Below are positions 39,658 through 50,318 of a DNA stretch of 64,000 nucleotides, in pieces (position 1 is the first letter of the stretch; every line of letters starts with the position of its first letter). Below the pieces are notes generated by a model. The model had not been told where the DNA came from. It saw nothing but the letters and a program-made list of their open reading frames with translations, and made no database searches. A program made the position numbers and the translations under genes. This DNA comes from Candidatus Heimdallarchaeota archaeon (GTDB lineage: Archaea; Asgardarchaeota; Heimdallarchaeia; JABLTI01), in contig JABCTZ010000007.1 in NCBI GenBank assembly GCA_018238155.1, positions 64,001-128,000 of the forward strand, in the 5' to 3' direction.

Positions 39658-40932
39658 GTGAATTGCTTGTCTATTTATGATGACATGCTGAGTGAAGAAA
39701 AATACTTGAAAAAATATAAACTCCATAGAAACCCTTTCGATAAAATATCTGCTGAATCAATGACTGCTGCAGAAATTGTTAAAATGCATGTTGTTACTGC
39801 TGCAGATAAGAAGATAGCTTCTAATTTATCTACTATTCTTAATGGTGGTTCTGCAACAGTTGCTCTTATTGGTGAATATGGATCTGGAAAATCTATTCGA
39901 GCAAGTTCTATCATTGAAACATTGAAGCGAAAAAAAGCATTAGTCTTTTATACAAAATTACCCGGAGGAACACCTGGTATTGTAACATATGCGCTTTTTG
40001 AAAGCGTTTGCATTCCACTAATGGACAACGAAGATGTTCCAGAAGAATTACGAAATTATGCTGAAAAACTTTGGGAACATTATCGTGGCATTGCTTCTCT
40101 TCCAGATGCGAAATTCAAACCTTTTCAAGCAGGAAAAGATTTAGCTAAACTCTTCAAAAAAATCAGTGCAAATAATTTACTTTCAGGATTGATAATAGAT
40201 GAATTCGAGGAAATAATTGAGGCTAGTATACAACGTGAGATTAGGAAAACATTCGAAATTTTGCGTGAATATTTGAGTCATGCAGTTGGTATTCCTGGAC
40301 ATATCACCGTTATTTGTTCTACACCAAATGCTTGGGCTTCTTTGAAGGAGATTCATCCTGCTGTAGCTACTCGAGTCCATGTTGAAATTGAGTTTAAACC
40401 CGTTTCAGATAAAATTGCAATTAAAATCATACAAAAAAGATTAGCTGCATTTCGTCCCGAAGACCCTAATAATTTATCACCATTTGATGAATCCATTATT
40501 TCAAAAGTAAACAAGGAGTATGCTACAGGAAATCCACGAATGTTGTTACTAGTCTTAAGATCTATATTAGATGTTACTGCTCAAAATAATCTTAAGAAAG
40601 TAGATCTTCCATCTGTTGAAGGTGGTGTAGAATTCGCTCGAGAGAAATTGAAAGATGCTCAAAGCGAACGAATCAAACAAATTCTAACACCTAAGATGAG
40701 AGATATTTTAGAATGTATAATCAGTGAAAAAGGAGGAGGTCCTGTTGTTGGAACTTCTCTTTCAGATGAACTTGGGATGGACCAAGGAAACCTCTCACGG
40801 TATCTAAACCAAATGGCTGCACTCAATTTTCTGAATAAACATCGAGATGGCAGAATTGTGTCCTTCGAGATAAAACCCGAGCTCAAATTAATCTTTGCGG
40901 AAGAATTAGGATTAATCGAAGATGAAAAATAA
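39658..40932 (+). CDS. AAA+ ATPase (Orc1/Cdc6- or STAND-like) with C-terminal winged HTH
   Basis: LxRNPF, GEYGSGKS, LIIDEFE, ATR (R-finger), GNPR (sensor II), LSDELGMDQGNLSRYLNQM HTH. Confidence 0.75.
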   Translation: MNCLSIYDDMLSEEKYLKKYKLHRNPFDKISAESMTAAEIVKMHVVTAADKKIASNLSTILNGGSATVALIGEYGSGKSIRASSIIETLKRKKALVFYTKLPGGTPGIVTYALFESVCIPLMDNEDVPEELRNYAEKLWEHYRGIASLPDAKFKPFQAGKDLAKLFKKISANNLLSGLIIDEFEEIIEASIQREIRKTFEILREYLSHAVGIPGHITVICSTPNAWASLKEIHPAVATRVHVEIEFKPVSDKIAIKIIQKRLAAFRPEDPNNLSPFDESIISKVNKEYATGNPRMLLLVLRSILDVTAQNNLKKVDLPSVEGGVEFAREKLKDAQSERIKQILTPKMRDILECIISEKGGGPVVGTSLSDELGMDQGNLSRYLNQMAALNFLNKHRDGRIVSFEIKPELKLIFAEELGLIEDEK

Positions 40933-41227
40933 AAATGATATGGGATGTGAGTTATCTTATTCATTTATTTCTTTTGGAACTTCGATTTCCTCTTTCCCTT
41001 AACTTGTATTTACATTAATTATTTCAAGTATAATAGGTACAGATATTTCTTTTACTTGATATTTATCTCATTTTTTCTTTCATTGAATTGGATCGTAGTA
41101 AGAATTACCAATTTTTCCCTGTTCTATTACTAGTTTACCTTTACAAATTAATTTTCAGCTTTGCAGTAGCTTTTAAGAGTTAACTAAGTGTAAGTAATAT
41201 TAAATCAATTGTGAAGGGAAACAATAT

Positions 41228-42199
41228 ATGGCTAATATTAGACAAATTTTTCGAGTTCCAGTTAGTATCTTTATTGTTTTATTAATTTGTAATTTCATGC
41301 CTATTGTTTTTTCAACTGCCACACGAAACGTTACCTTCGATCAAAATATAGATTCAATAAATCCTCAAGATCCTTGTTTAACTCCACAAGATAATGCTTA
41401 CAATGCAGACTTACATTGGGTAAAAACAAACGTCACAATAGATAGTAAAGGATTAGGTACAGTATCAATGCTTCTTAATTGTACACCCACTGAAGATCAT
41501 TTTGGTATTTTTATAAGGACTATCGAAGAAGCAAATGAAATCAATTATGGGAAAACATATGCATTTACAGAAGGGGAAATATTGGGGCTCAACATTTCAG
41601 CTACCGGTAAATATGATGTTTCATACTATCTTTATTTACAAAATAGCTCAAAAGTTCAGGCAGGAAAACCTATTCTCTACTACATCTCTTATAATGCAGA
41701 TTTCTTTAAGGAAAGTCAAATTTTCCATTATGGAGTAGAAACAAATCTGGTTGGGATAAATCTTATTCGTCCAGATTGGGATGATAGTTTAGAGTTTGAA
41801 TCTTTGAGAATTCAACTGCCTGTTGCCGTTTCAAATTCAAGTATCTCATCAACTTTTTTGGATGAAATTGATTTCAGTGCTAATCAACTAATGATTGATA
41901 ATTATAATCTTTCATATGTAGGGCAACTAGATAATGATGGTCAATACTGGTTGACGTTTATTTCTTCAAAAGAAAACCTTCTATCAAGAGGGGCCTTTGA
42001 AGCTACTTTCTATCTTTCAATAGAGTATTTCTCTCTTCCAAAAGTATTGAATTGGTTCGTAATTACTTTTTCATTGCTATTCTCATTGATATCTATAGCA
42101 TTATTTGTTGTTGTTATTTCGGTGAAAAATAAATCCCAAGAGGAAAATTCTGAATTCCATGCAGAACTTTATGCTGTCTTGAAACAAGAAGATGAATGA
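41228..42199 (+). CDS. Secreted beta-rich protein with C-terminal membrane anchor
   Basis: Signal peptide, several NxS/T sequons, C-terminal TM and acidic tail. Confidence 0.7.
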   Translation: MANIRQIFRVPVSIFIVLLICNFMPIVFSTATRNVTFDQNIDSINPQDPCLTPQDNAYNADLHWVKTNVTIDSKGLGTVSMLLNCTPTEDHFGIFIRTIEEANEINYGKTYAFTEGEILGLNISATGKYDVSYYLYLQNSSKVQAGKPILYYISYNADFFKESQIFHYGVETNLVGINLIRPDWDDSLEFESLRIQLPVAVSNSSISSTFLDEIDFSANQLMIDNYNLSYVGQLDNDGQYWLTFISSKENLLSRGAFEATFYLSIEYFSLPKVLNWFVITFSLLFSLISIALFVVVISVKNKSQEENSEFHAELYAVLKQEDE

Positions 42200-42270
42200 A
42201 TGATTTTTAAATTAGTATTGTTTTCTTTTTCTCAATACTAATCGTTCCTATTACTAACTATCTCAATGAG

Positions 42271-43104
42271 TTGATATTATCTATGAATAAAAATAGTAAA
42301 ACGATACTTGTTACAGGTGCAGCTAGCGGCATTGGATTAGCGATTACTAATTTTTTGGTTGAAAAAGGGGACCACGTTATTGCTACGGATTTCAATGAAA
42401 AAGCTCTTGATCTATTATCTAACATCGATTCTATTAGCACTTTTTATTTAGATGTAACAAATCCCCAAAGTATCAATGATGCGTTTGAAAAGATATGTGA
42501 AAAATTCACCACCATTGATGGACTTGTTAATAATGCGGGAATTTTTGTAGGTGGTCCTTTAGTAGAGATTCGTACTGAAGACTTAGAGCGAATCTTTGCA
42601 GTTAACGTTATAGGTGTTTTCAATATAACCAAAGCATTCTTTCCACTATTATATCCCGTTAAAGGGAGAATCGTAAATATTGGTTCAGAATCCGGCAGGT
42701 TTTCATATCCATTGAATGGACCCTATTCAATGTCAAAATATGCATTAGAAGCATTTTCTGATTCTCTCAGAAGGGAACTTATGTTTCTTGATATTTCAGT
42801 AGTTCATTTACAAATAGGTGCAGTAAAAACACCACTCCTTCACCAGACATATACTTGCTTTGCAGAAGATAATGATGTTGAAAATTCGCTTTTTAAGAAG
42901 CAATTAGAACAAGTAATAAAAGTTTGTGAAAAAGAAATTGATAAGGGTGCAGAACCAGAAACCATTGCTAAAGTAGTGTACAAAGCTCTTCATAAAAGAA
43001 AACCAAAATCTCGATATAAAGTTAAGAATGATAAATTGCGTAGATTTTTGGAGTTCCTTCCGACATCTGTGGTAGATACAGCAATGAAAAAAGCACTCAA
43101 ATGA
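42271..43104 (+). CDS. Short-chain dehydrogenase/reductase (17beta-HSD/RDH-like)
   Basis: TGAASGIG, NNAG, YSMSK, SDSLRREL. Confidence 0.93.
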   Translation: MILSMNKNSKTILVTGAASGIGLAITNFLVEKGDHVIATDFNEKALDLLSNIDSISTFYLDVTNPQSINDAFEKICEKFTTIDGLVNNAGIFVGGPLVEIRTEDLERIFAVNVIGVFNITKAFFPLLYPVKGRIVNIGSESGRFSYPLNGPYSMSKYALEAFSDSLRRELMFLDISVVHLQIGAVKTPLLHQTYTCFAEDNDVENSLFKKQLEQVIKVCEKEIDKGAEPETIAKVVYKALHKRKPKSRYKVKNDKLRRFLEFLPTSVVDTAMKKALK

Positions 43105-43233
43105 TTTCTATCCACAAAAAGGGTTCGCTTTTTTTCTACAATGTTTACAAAAAACTTTAATTACTTCTCCCGTCGAAAGATTTCATAAGTACAGAACAAT
43201 TGTACAAGCAAAGATTATATCAGGTGATTAATT

Positions 43234-45120
43234 TTGCGAATTTTAACTGTGCATTCAGATTTCATTGAATTTGAACCAAAAAAGAAAGCGCTAAAAGCAG
43301 CCGAAGAAATTGAGAAGAAACTCAAGAGAGTAGAAGAATGTTTAGTAGTCTTCTCTTCGGTGGAAAAAGGTGATGAAGATCATTTCGAAAATGTTGCTGA
43401 AAAGGCAGTCATTGAAGTTGAATCAATAACTGAACAACTTGGAATAAAGAATGTTGTTCTTTATCCATGGGTCCATATTTCAAATACTCCCTCAAGACCA
43501 GATGTTGCTTTACGTGTGTTGAAAATCATGGAAGCATCTCTAAAAGAGAAAGGTTTCACTATAACTCGTGCTCCATTTGGTTGGTACAAAGCATTTAACA
43601 TAAAATGTAAAGGACATCCACTTTCTGAGTTATCACGTTCTATAATTGCTGATGGTGTTCTTGTAAAGAAAGCAGATGGCTCCCAAATTGAGAGCGAAGC
43701 ATTAAAAGCTGAAGAGGAATCAAAACACGAATTCTTCATTATGGATCCAGATGGCACACTAACACCTGTAAAAGAATATAAGTTTGGCAATAACAAGAAA
43801 TTAGAAAAATTTGCCAAATATGAAACTGATAAGCTCCGTGCTTCTGAGACTCCTCCACCACATGCACTGTTAATGAGAAAATTAGCTTTGGTGGATTATG
43901 AACCTGGAAGCGATGCGGGTAATTTTCGCTGGTATCCAAAAGGGTGGATGGTAAAATATCTCATAGAGGAATTTGTGAAGAATAAAACTATTGAATATGG
44001 TGGCATGCCCATCGAAAGTCCAATTATGTATAGTTATACTCATCCAGCAATTGAGAAATATATGCATAGATTTCCTGCAAGACAATATATGCTAAAATCG
44101 GGAACTGACAATTACTTCCTTCGTTTTGCTGCGTGCTTTGGACAATTTCTAATGAGTGCAGATGCAATAATGTCCTACAATAATCTTCCAATCAAATTAT
44201 TTGAAATGAGCCATTATTCCTTTAGAAGGGAACAAAGAGGAGAATTAGCTGCTTTAAGAAGATTGCGAACTTTCACTATGCCAGATATGCATACCATTGC
44301 TAAAGATCTCAAATCTGCTCAAAAATACTTTAGAGAACAGTTTGATCTTTCGATGGAAACACTAGATGCTTTCGAGTTAGAATATGAATCAGCATTTCGT
44401 TCACAAAAAGATTTCTTTGAGAAAAACAAGAAATGGTTCCAAGAAATGGTTAAAGCTCGAAATAAACCCGCTCTAATTGAAACCTATGAGAAAATGTATG
44501 CTTATTTCATTTGCAAGTTTGAATTTAATTTCGTGGATAATCAAAATAAAGCTTCAGCTTTAAGCACCGTGCAAATAGACATTGAAAATGCAGAACGTTT
44601 TGACATAAGTTACATTGACAAGAATAACGAACCACAAAGACCACTTATCTTACATACAAGTATATCTGGAGCCATTGAAAGAATAGTTTATGCTATTCTT
44701 GAAAAAGCTTATACTGAACAAATTCAAGGAAAAGCTCCTATGTTTCCAGTTTGGTTATCACCAACCCAGGTGCGACTATTACCTGTAAATGAAGATTTCA
44801 TTTCTCATTGTAAGAAACTCGCTAAAAAATTCCAAAAGGAAAACATCAGAATTGACATCGACGATCGTTCAGAACGTGTAGGTAAAAAGATACGTGCTGC
44901 CGAGAAAGAATGGATCCCTTACATAATTGTAGTTGGCGAAAAAGAGCTTGAATCAAAAAATTACAATGTTCGTGTACGAGAAGAAGAAAGAAAAGAAATA
45001 CCAATGACTGAAAAAGAATTAATCAAACGAATAAAGCTTGAAGTTAAAGGTTTACCGTATGTCCCCTTAACTTTACCAATGCTAATGTCATTGAGACCAA
45101 TCTTTTCACAAGTGAATTAA
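43234..45120 (+). CDS. thrS: Threonine-tRNA ligase, archaeal type
   Basis: Archaeal editing domain (RAPFGWYKAF...GHPLSELSR), LRFAACFG, FRREQRGEL, P.WLSPTQVR. Confidence 0.98.
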   Translation: MRILTVHSDFIEFEPKKKALKAAEEIEKKLKRVEECLVVFSSVEKGDEDHFENVAEKAVIEVESITEQLGIKNVVLYPWVHISNTPSRPDVALRVLKIMEASLKEKGFTITRAPFGWYKAFNIKCKGHPLSELSRSIIADGVLVKKADGSQIESEALKAEEESKHEFFIMDPDGTLTPVKEYKFGNNKKLEKFAKYETDKLRASETPPPHALLMRKLALVDYEPGSDAGNFRWYPKGWMVKYLIEEFVKNKTIEYGGMPIESPIMYSYTHPAIEKYMHRFPARQYMLKSGTDNYFLRFAACFGQFLMSADAIMSYNNLPIKLFEMSHYSFRREQRGELAALRRLRTFTMPDMHTIAKDLKSAQKYFREQFDLSMETLDAFELEYESAFRSQKDFFEKNKKWFQEMVKARNKPALIETYEKMYAYFICKFEFNFVDNQNKASALSTVQIDIENAERFDISYIDKNNEPQRPLILHTSISGAIERIVYAILEKAYTEQIQGKAPMFPVWLSPTQVRLLPVNEDFISHCKKLAKKFQKENIRIDIDDRSERVGKKIRAAEKEWIPYIIVVGEKELESKNYNVRVREEERKEIPMTEKELIKRIKLEVKGLPYVPLTLPMLMSLRPIFSQVN

Positions 45121-45255
45121 AAAAATAAACAGTTATCCATCTTGAGAGTTACTAAATGGGTAAACTGTTTTTCATCATTTTTTATTATAGAAAATGAATA
45201 AATAGTACTTTTATTTCACTAAAGGATTATAGTAGTAATACACTAGAGGAATTCG

Positions 45256-45891
45256 ATGTCACTATCAAATGGAATATTAATTGCTTTGGAAGGAATTGAT
45301 GGAACAGGAAAAACATCAATAATAGCTGTACTCCAAAAACGTTTAACAGATGATGGATTTAGTGTTGTCACTTTTAAAGAACCAACCAATGAAACGGTAG
45401 CCGGAAAAAAAATACGTAATAGCTACATTGCTGGTCGTGTGTCTCTAGAAGAAGAATTACAATGGTTCATTGATGATAGAGAATGGGATGTGAAAGAAAG
45501 AATTTTGCCATCTTTAGTGGAGAAAAAAATCGTTCTAATGGATCGCTATTTCTTTTCAACAGCTTGTTATCAAGGTGCACGGATGAATGATGATTGGAGT
45601 AGCATTCTGAAAACAAATAGAGCAAAGTTTCCAGAACCGGATCTTACAATAATTATTGATGTTGATCCCGGGATAGCACAACAACGGATAGTAAAAGATC
45701 GACAGAAAAGCAACACCTTTGAAGAGTTGGATTATCAAAGAAATGTCCGACAACTATTTATGGAAATAATAAAAAAAGATCCTATTGGCATTTTTCTACT
45801 AGTAGATGGTGAAGCTCCTCTAATAGAGATAATTGATAATCTCTATCTAAGAATTAAATTATTCATTAAAGAAAAAGAAATTGAAAAGTAA
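45256..45891 (+). CDS. tmk: Thymidylate kinase
   Basis: ALEGIDGTGKTS, KEP, MDRYFFST.CYQG, PDL. Confidence 0.95.
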   Translation: MSLSNGILIALEGIDGTGKTSIIAVLQKRLTDDGFSVVTFKEPTNETVAGKKIRNSYIAGRVSLEEELQWFIDDREWDVKERILPSLVEKKIVLMDRYFFSTACYQGARMNDDWSSILKTNRAKFPEPDLTIIIDVDPGIAQQRIVKDRQKSNTFEELDYQRNVRQLFMEIIKKDPIGIFLLVDGEAPLIEIIDNLYLRIKLFIKEKEIEK

Positions 45892-45913
45892 TTAATGATA
45901 CTTTTCATCAAAA

Positions 45914-46681
45914 TTAATCTTTTAGTGCTTTATTTATCTGTGCGGGTGAGAATATCTCAAATTTAGCTTTTGGTAGTATTTTCCCAATTCTTGGTATCAA
46001 ACCCTTAGCATTAGTATTGAATTTACACGTAAGAACATTTTCCATCCACCCCACAGTTTCGATTTCTATAATATCGTTGTGGTGCTTCGTATCTTTGAGA
46101 ACATCTTGTACTGTCTCTTTTGATGTTCCTAAAACAAACAATTTTTCAAGACCATCATCTATCCAGCGTTGAAAGGTTTCAGCTTGAGTATCTGATAAGC
46201 GTCCTTCAATTTTCTTGGTACCAATACTTACCTTTTCTAAAATGACTTCTAGAGGGAAATTGTTTATTAATCCAAATAAATCTATTAACTTTCTAACAGG
46301 GATTTTTTTATCATCAACTAATTGCTTTCTTAAAATAAAAAGGGGAATTAATACATCAATCTGATATGGACTTTTAATTCCTATATCTACAAAAAGACCA
46401 AAACCTACTTTGCCACTTGAACAAATATAGCCTTTTATAATATCGCCTTCTTTCAATTCACCAAATTTTTTGCTCTCACCAAAAAGAGAAGCAATATAAT
46501 TGCTTGCAGCAATTTCATCTTCACCTTCTAAAACAATGGTAATAAACCCATCATCGTCTAGAATGTTAGATGTGATTGTTACGTTCAAATCTTTAGTTTG
46601 TTCTTCTATCTCTCTTTGAATATGGCTAAAAACTCTTTTTTTGCTTGAATAAATTTTTGTCATTAATTTCAATTTTTTCAT
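45914..46681 (-). CDS. DUF2110 family protein
   Basis: GEDE..A.N, GKVGFGLFVDIG; usual position downstream of tfe in archaea. Confidence 0.85.
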   Translation of the reverse strand: MKKLKLMTKIYSSKKRVFSHIQREIEEQTKDLNVTITSNILDDDGFITIVLEGEDEIAASNYIASLFGESKKFGELKEGDIIKGYICSSGKVGFGLFVDIGIKSPYQIDVLIPLFILRKQLVDDKKIPVRKLIDLFGLINNFPLEVILEKVSIGTKKIEGRLSDTQAETFQRWIDDGLEKLFVLGTSKETVQDVLKDTKHHNDIIEIETVGWMENVLTCKFNTNAKGLIPRIGKILPKAKFEIFSPAQINKALKD

Positions 46682-46774
46682 TTATTATTCCTTCAGTCAT
46701 TAAATCGTGATTGTCAAAATTCACCTTTCTTATAAAAATAAAAAAGAAAAAGGATGAATAGTTAATCTTTTTCA

Positions 46775-47440
46775 TTAATCAGAACCAAGAAGAGATTCAC
46801 TGTCAATGGTTGCTGCTACTTTACCTGTAGCAATGATTTGACCTAAATCATCTTTTGCACCAGTATCTAGATGATCAATATCTACACCAGACTCCATAAG
46901 AGATTTGTATAATTCGTCAACTTTCTTACTTAGTTTTTCGATAATTTCTTCATTGTTAAATGCTTTCAATTCATTACTACATTCGGGGCATTTGAAATTA
47001 TTCTCCATAGCTTCATCGAAAATATATCTTGGACAATAATCTTGATCACATTTAAAGAAATGGAATCTTTTTTCATAATCTAATCGGGCTTTGAGTTTTC
47101 TGTAAACAGTTTTTTTGCGATTGATAACTAATTCTTCAACTCTATTGGGTTTAAGGCGCCAAAAATAGATGAACCAGCCAGTGCTTTTATCTCTAATTCG
47201 TCTGAATTCTGCCAAACGAGCATCGTATAATCTATAGAGAATTTTACGAACCGCATTGAGTTTCATTTCTGCTCCAGCAGCAATTGCTTCGTCAGTTGTT
47301 TCTTCTTTTGGGTTAAGTAACCCGGCAACTTTAATTGCATCATCTCCACCAATCTCTCTTACAACAGATTCAAGAAGATTATAATCGGAGTCTTGAGTAG
47401 GCATTCTAGAAATCATTTCCTTTAGTAGCAAATATGACAT
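46775..47440 (-). CDS. tfe: Transcription factor E (TFIIE alpha)
   Basis: TDEAIA...LNAVRKILYRLY, RDKSTGWFIYFW, C....C...F.CPEC Zn ribbon. Confidence 0.96.
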   Translation of the reverse strand: MSYLLLKEMISRMPTQDSDYNLLESVVREIGGDDAIKVAGLLNPKEETTDEAIAAGAEMKLNAVRKILYRLYDARLAEFRRIRDKSTGWFIYFWRLKPNRVEELVINRKKTVYRKLKARLDYEKRFHFFKCDQDYCPRYIFDEAMENNFKCPECSNELKAFNNEEIIEKLSKKVDELYKSLMESGVDIDHLDTGAKDDLGQIIATGKVAATIDSESLLGSD

Positions 47441-47597
47441 ATGATGCGCATGGATATTCCAAAAGGGAAATCAAAGATGTAATAAATCTTTGGGCACATT
47501 CTTTATTCTTATGTATATATATTGTCCTTTATAGTATTTGATTTTTTCTTTCCTTTCAACCATTTTTGAACCTTTTACTAAAATTTAGGCGCATTCT

Positions 47598-48551
47598 TTA
47601 GAGTAAAGAGGCAACTAATAAAGGTAAAGCAATTATTGCATCGGAAATAATGTTAGCTGTTTTAGCTTTTTCATCAACTTTTCCCCAAGAAACACCTTCG
47701 CTAATAGATGCACCACTAACACCACCATGCTCAGGACGATCCATAGTAATTTGGACTGCATAATCTAAGGCTTTGCCGGCAACTTGAGCTGCAAGAGCTA
47801 GGAAATGCTTTGGTACACCACCACCAACAATGAGTGCACCGACTTTAGTATTGTCCTCATCATTTTTCCATGTAAAGTCAAGAAGATCACCTTGGTCAAG
47901 TGAAGGATTAACTTTTAGCTTATGTAGCTGAGAGAACATCCAAATCTGAAATCCTAAAATACTGTCGGGTAAAGATGGGCAAAAAATAGGAATGCCTCGG
48001 TCTGCTGCTAATTTGGGAATACATTTAACGGTCATTTTTTTACCAAGTTCATTAATAAATTTGGAAGAAGACATTGTCTCTTGAGGGAGTTCAGGAAATA
48101 ATGCTTGAAGACCATCTTCCAATACTCTATAACCTTTCGTAGGAACAACGACATTATAGATTCGATTAAGCTCTTCTTTCTGTAATTCATAGTCCGGAAC
48201 TTGTAAAGGGGCATGGAAATGAGCTTCGCCAAAAGCTTCGATTAAATCATGAGTAAGCATCGCACCAGTAACAATTAAGCCATCGACTAAATTGTTCTCG
48301 AGTAAAGCATAAATGACTTTTTTAAGACCACCCGGAATAAGTGCACCAGCAAGAGTAGCAAATTTAATACATTCTTTATCATCAATCATTGCTTTCATTA
48401 CATGATGAGCCTTAGCAAGTTCTTTACCATTGAAACCTGTTTTTTGATATTCAACGAATAAATCGGTTATGGTCATTCCTTTCCATATTTCAGCATGCTT
48501 AACTTTTTTCAACTTCTTAGCTTTTTTTGGCAAATTACATTCCGTCTCCAA
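47598..48551 (-). CDS. dys: Deoxyhypusine synthase
   Basis: TGAMLTHD, GGGVPKH, GGVSGASISEGVSWGK; true start uncertain. Confidence 0.93.
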   Translation of the reverse strand: METECNLPKKAKKLKKVKHAEIWKGMTITDLFVEYQKTGFNGKELAKAHHVMKAMIDDKECIKFATLAGALIPGGLKKVIYALLENNLVDGLIVTGAMLTHDLIEAFGEAHFHAPLQVPDYELQKEELNRIYNVVVPTKGYRVLEDGLQALFPELPQETMSSSKFINELGKKMTVKCIPKLAADRGIPIFCPSLPDSILGFQIWMFSQLHKLKVNPSLDQGDLLDFTWKNDEDNTKVGALIVGGGVPKHFLALAAQVAGKALDYAVQITMDRPEHGGVSGASISEGVSWGKVDEKAKTANIISDAIIALPLLVASLL

Positions 48552-48823
48552 GTTAAAAACAGAAAAGTATGTGTTTAATAAGATTATTATTATGAAAACA
48601 AAATTTATTCATTAACAACCAAAACTGAAGATACACTAACACATGGTTTCTTCATATACGTTATATTCTTACCTCTTATTATTTTGGCAAAAAGGAAAAA
48701 GAGTAAATAGTTCTTCACTCATTTTTCCCCGCAGAGATTATTTTTAGCTAAAAGGAATATGCAATATTTGCCGTTATCTTTAATAATAAGATATGAAGAG
48801 AAATAAATAACGTAAACACCCTT

Positions 48824-48958
48824 GCACAGGTAGTCTAGCGGCCAGGCGAGGGATTGCAAACGGATGCAAAAGTTTTGCACCGACAACTATCCCTTTTACG
48901 TGAGCCAAATTTAGCTGTTGCTATTTTTGCACGAATTCAAATCTCGCCCTGTGCTCCA
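48824..48958 (+). tRNA. tRNA-Cys(GCA) with two introns (37/38 at 48860-48888; 53/54 at 48905-48935) and encoded CCA
   Basis: Acceptor GCACAGG/CCTGTGC, U73, CCA; D stem GTCT/AGGC; anticodon stem AGGGA/TCCCT; T stem GTGAG/CTCGC with TTCAAAT; BHB-type junctions at both introns. Confidence 0.9.
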
Positions 48959-49099
48959 TTTTTCTTTTACTCCTTGACATTTCTCACTAGTCATCCATGA
49001 TTTTGCTTACTTTGATTGCTTCCTCTTCTAATTTATCGATTTGATGTTGTCAAAATCGAAATTTCACTAATGGCTTAAAAAAAAGAAGTGAAAATGAAA

Positions 49100-49291
49100 T
49101 TAGATTCTTATTCTCGTAGGATTTTGTTTTTTATGCTTTTTCAATTCCTCGATATCATTCGTCATATTTCTAATGGTTTCTTTCAATTGCTCTATCTCTC
49201 AATAGAATTGAATAATTAGCTCATCACGACTGTACTGACTTGCTAGAATTTTTCCAAGTTATTCTTCATTTTTCATTTCATGTATCTCCAT
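49100..49291 (-). pseudogene. Possible decayed coiled-coil ORF with two in-frame stops
   Basis: MEIHEMKNEE*LGKILASQYSRDELIIQFY*EIEQLKETIRNMTNDIEELKK...; GGAG before the second ATG. Confidence 0.35.
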
Positions 49292-49373
49292 GAAACAGCT
49301 CTCAAATTAAACTAAAAAACTCCTTGAATTTTTTAAGAAAGAAAAAAATGAAAGAAATATAAAGCGTCTAACT

Positions 49374-50102
49374 TTATATGTCCTCTAAATCAAGTACAAA
49401 AATTGCAATTAACTCAGACAAAACCATAATTTTTTGCCACAAAGGAACAGTAAGTACTAACCCTGTTAGTCCTATCGTTTTATCTAAAATAAACAAAATT
49501 CCTACTAGTATCACTAATGAGAAAACAACAACAACGATAAGAACATCAAAGTAAAAACCTGCTGGTTTCTTTTCAAACTTCAAATCATGTTTCCGAGTAA
49601 ACCGTAGTAATTGTTGAACAAAGTTTACTATGGCAAAACTGAACACAAAAAGGAATGCACCAATAACATGATAGAGAGATAATGTTGGATGATCGCCTGG
49701 GATTGTTACTAATGCTGTTCCAATAGAAACTAGAACGTAAAGGCAACCTTTCAGCTTGTTATAACGAAGAACGGGTCGTATGAAATAGAAAATTGCTATC
49801 ATTAAATTCATGAATGATAATATGCTGAAACCCGTGGTCATGATTATCCTAGAAGTTGTGTTGATATTATCAAGATCAAAACTTCTGATGTTGCCTAATG
49901 CGCTTATATACTCATTAACGAATTCATAACTTTCAGCATAGTAAATCCAAGCAAGCCCGAGTGTAATAATGATAACTGGGACTGTTAACCAAATGATTAA
50001 TCGAACGACTTTTTGTGATTTTATTATTTTGTTATCAATCATAGCAGCGCGAGCTTCTGTTGCATCAATCATAGATATCACGAAGTAATTATGGACTCTC
50101 AT
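49374..50102 (-). CDS. DUF998/Frag1-like multi-pass membrane protein
   Basis: EYISALG motif, H..GA.LF, WQKI; about 6 TM helices. Confidence 0.65.
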   Translation of the reverse strand: MRVHNYFVISMIDATEARAAMIDNKIIKSQKVVRLIIWLTVPVIIITLGLAWIYYAESYEFVNEYISALGNIRSFDLDNINTTSRIIMTTGFSILSFMNLMIAIFYFIRPVLRYNKLKGCLYVLVSIGTALVTIPGDHPTLSLYHVIGAFLFVFSFAIVNFVQQLLRFTRKHDLKFEKKPAGFYFDVLIVVVVFSLVILVGILFILDKTIGLTGLVLTVPLWQKIMVLSELIAIFVLDLEDI

Positions 50103-50318
50103 CTTATTTAACCATTAACATTCAAAACAAAGTAGATACAAAATGGGAAAAAAATAAGAAGATTACACAAAGAGCTCGTTTCGAATGAAGAAAAACTTCT
50201 GAAAGTAAAGAGGTAAAATCCATGATGAGAGGTTTATTAGTTGGTTTTCTCTTATTGAAATATTGTTATACAAAATATTTAGAAAGGGAAAGAACAAAAA
50301 ATATCTTGGTGTAGAACA

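Noticed and set aside
39520-41228. Replication origin beside the AAA+ gene
   Set aside because: No ORB-like repeats or G-strings are visible in the flanks, and the protein is not a canonical Orc1/Cdc6.
48854-48888. Anticodon C-to-U editing (GCA to GUA) suggested by the intron helix mismatch
   Set aside because: G1-C72 and U73 fit Cys identity rather than archaeal Tyr; one mismatch is compatible with a relaxed splice motif.
50180-50260. Possible C/D box sRNA (ATGAAGA, CTGA, ATGATGA)
   Set aside because: Box spacing is irregular, there is no good terminal D box, and I see no rRNA complementarity.
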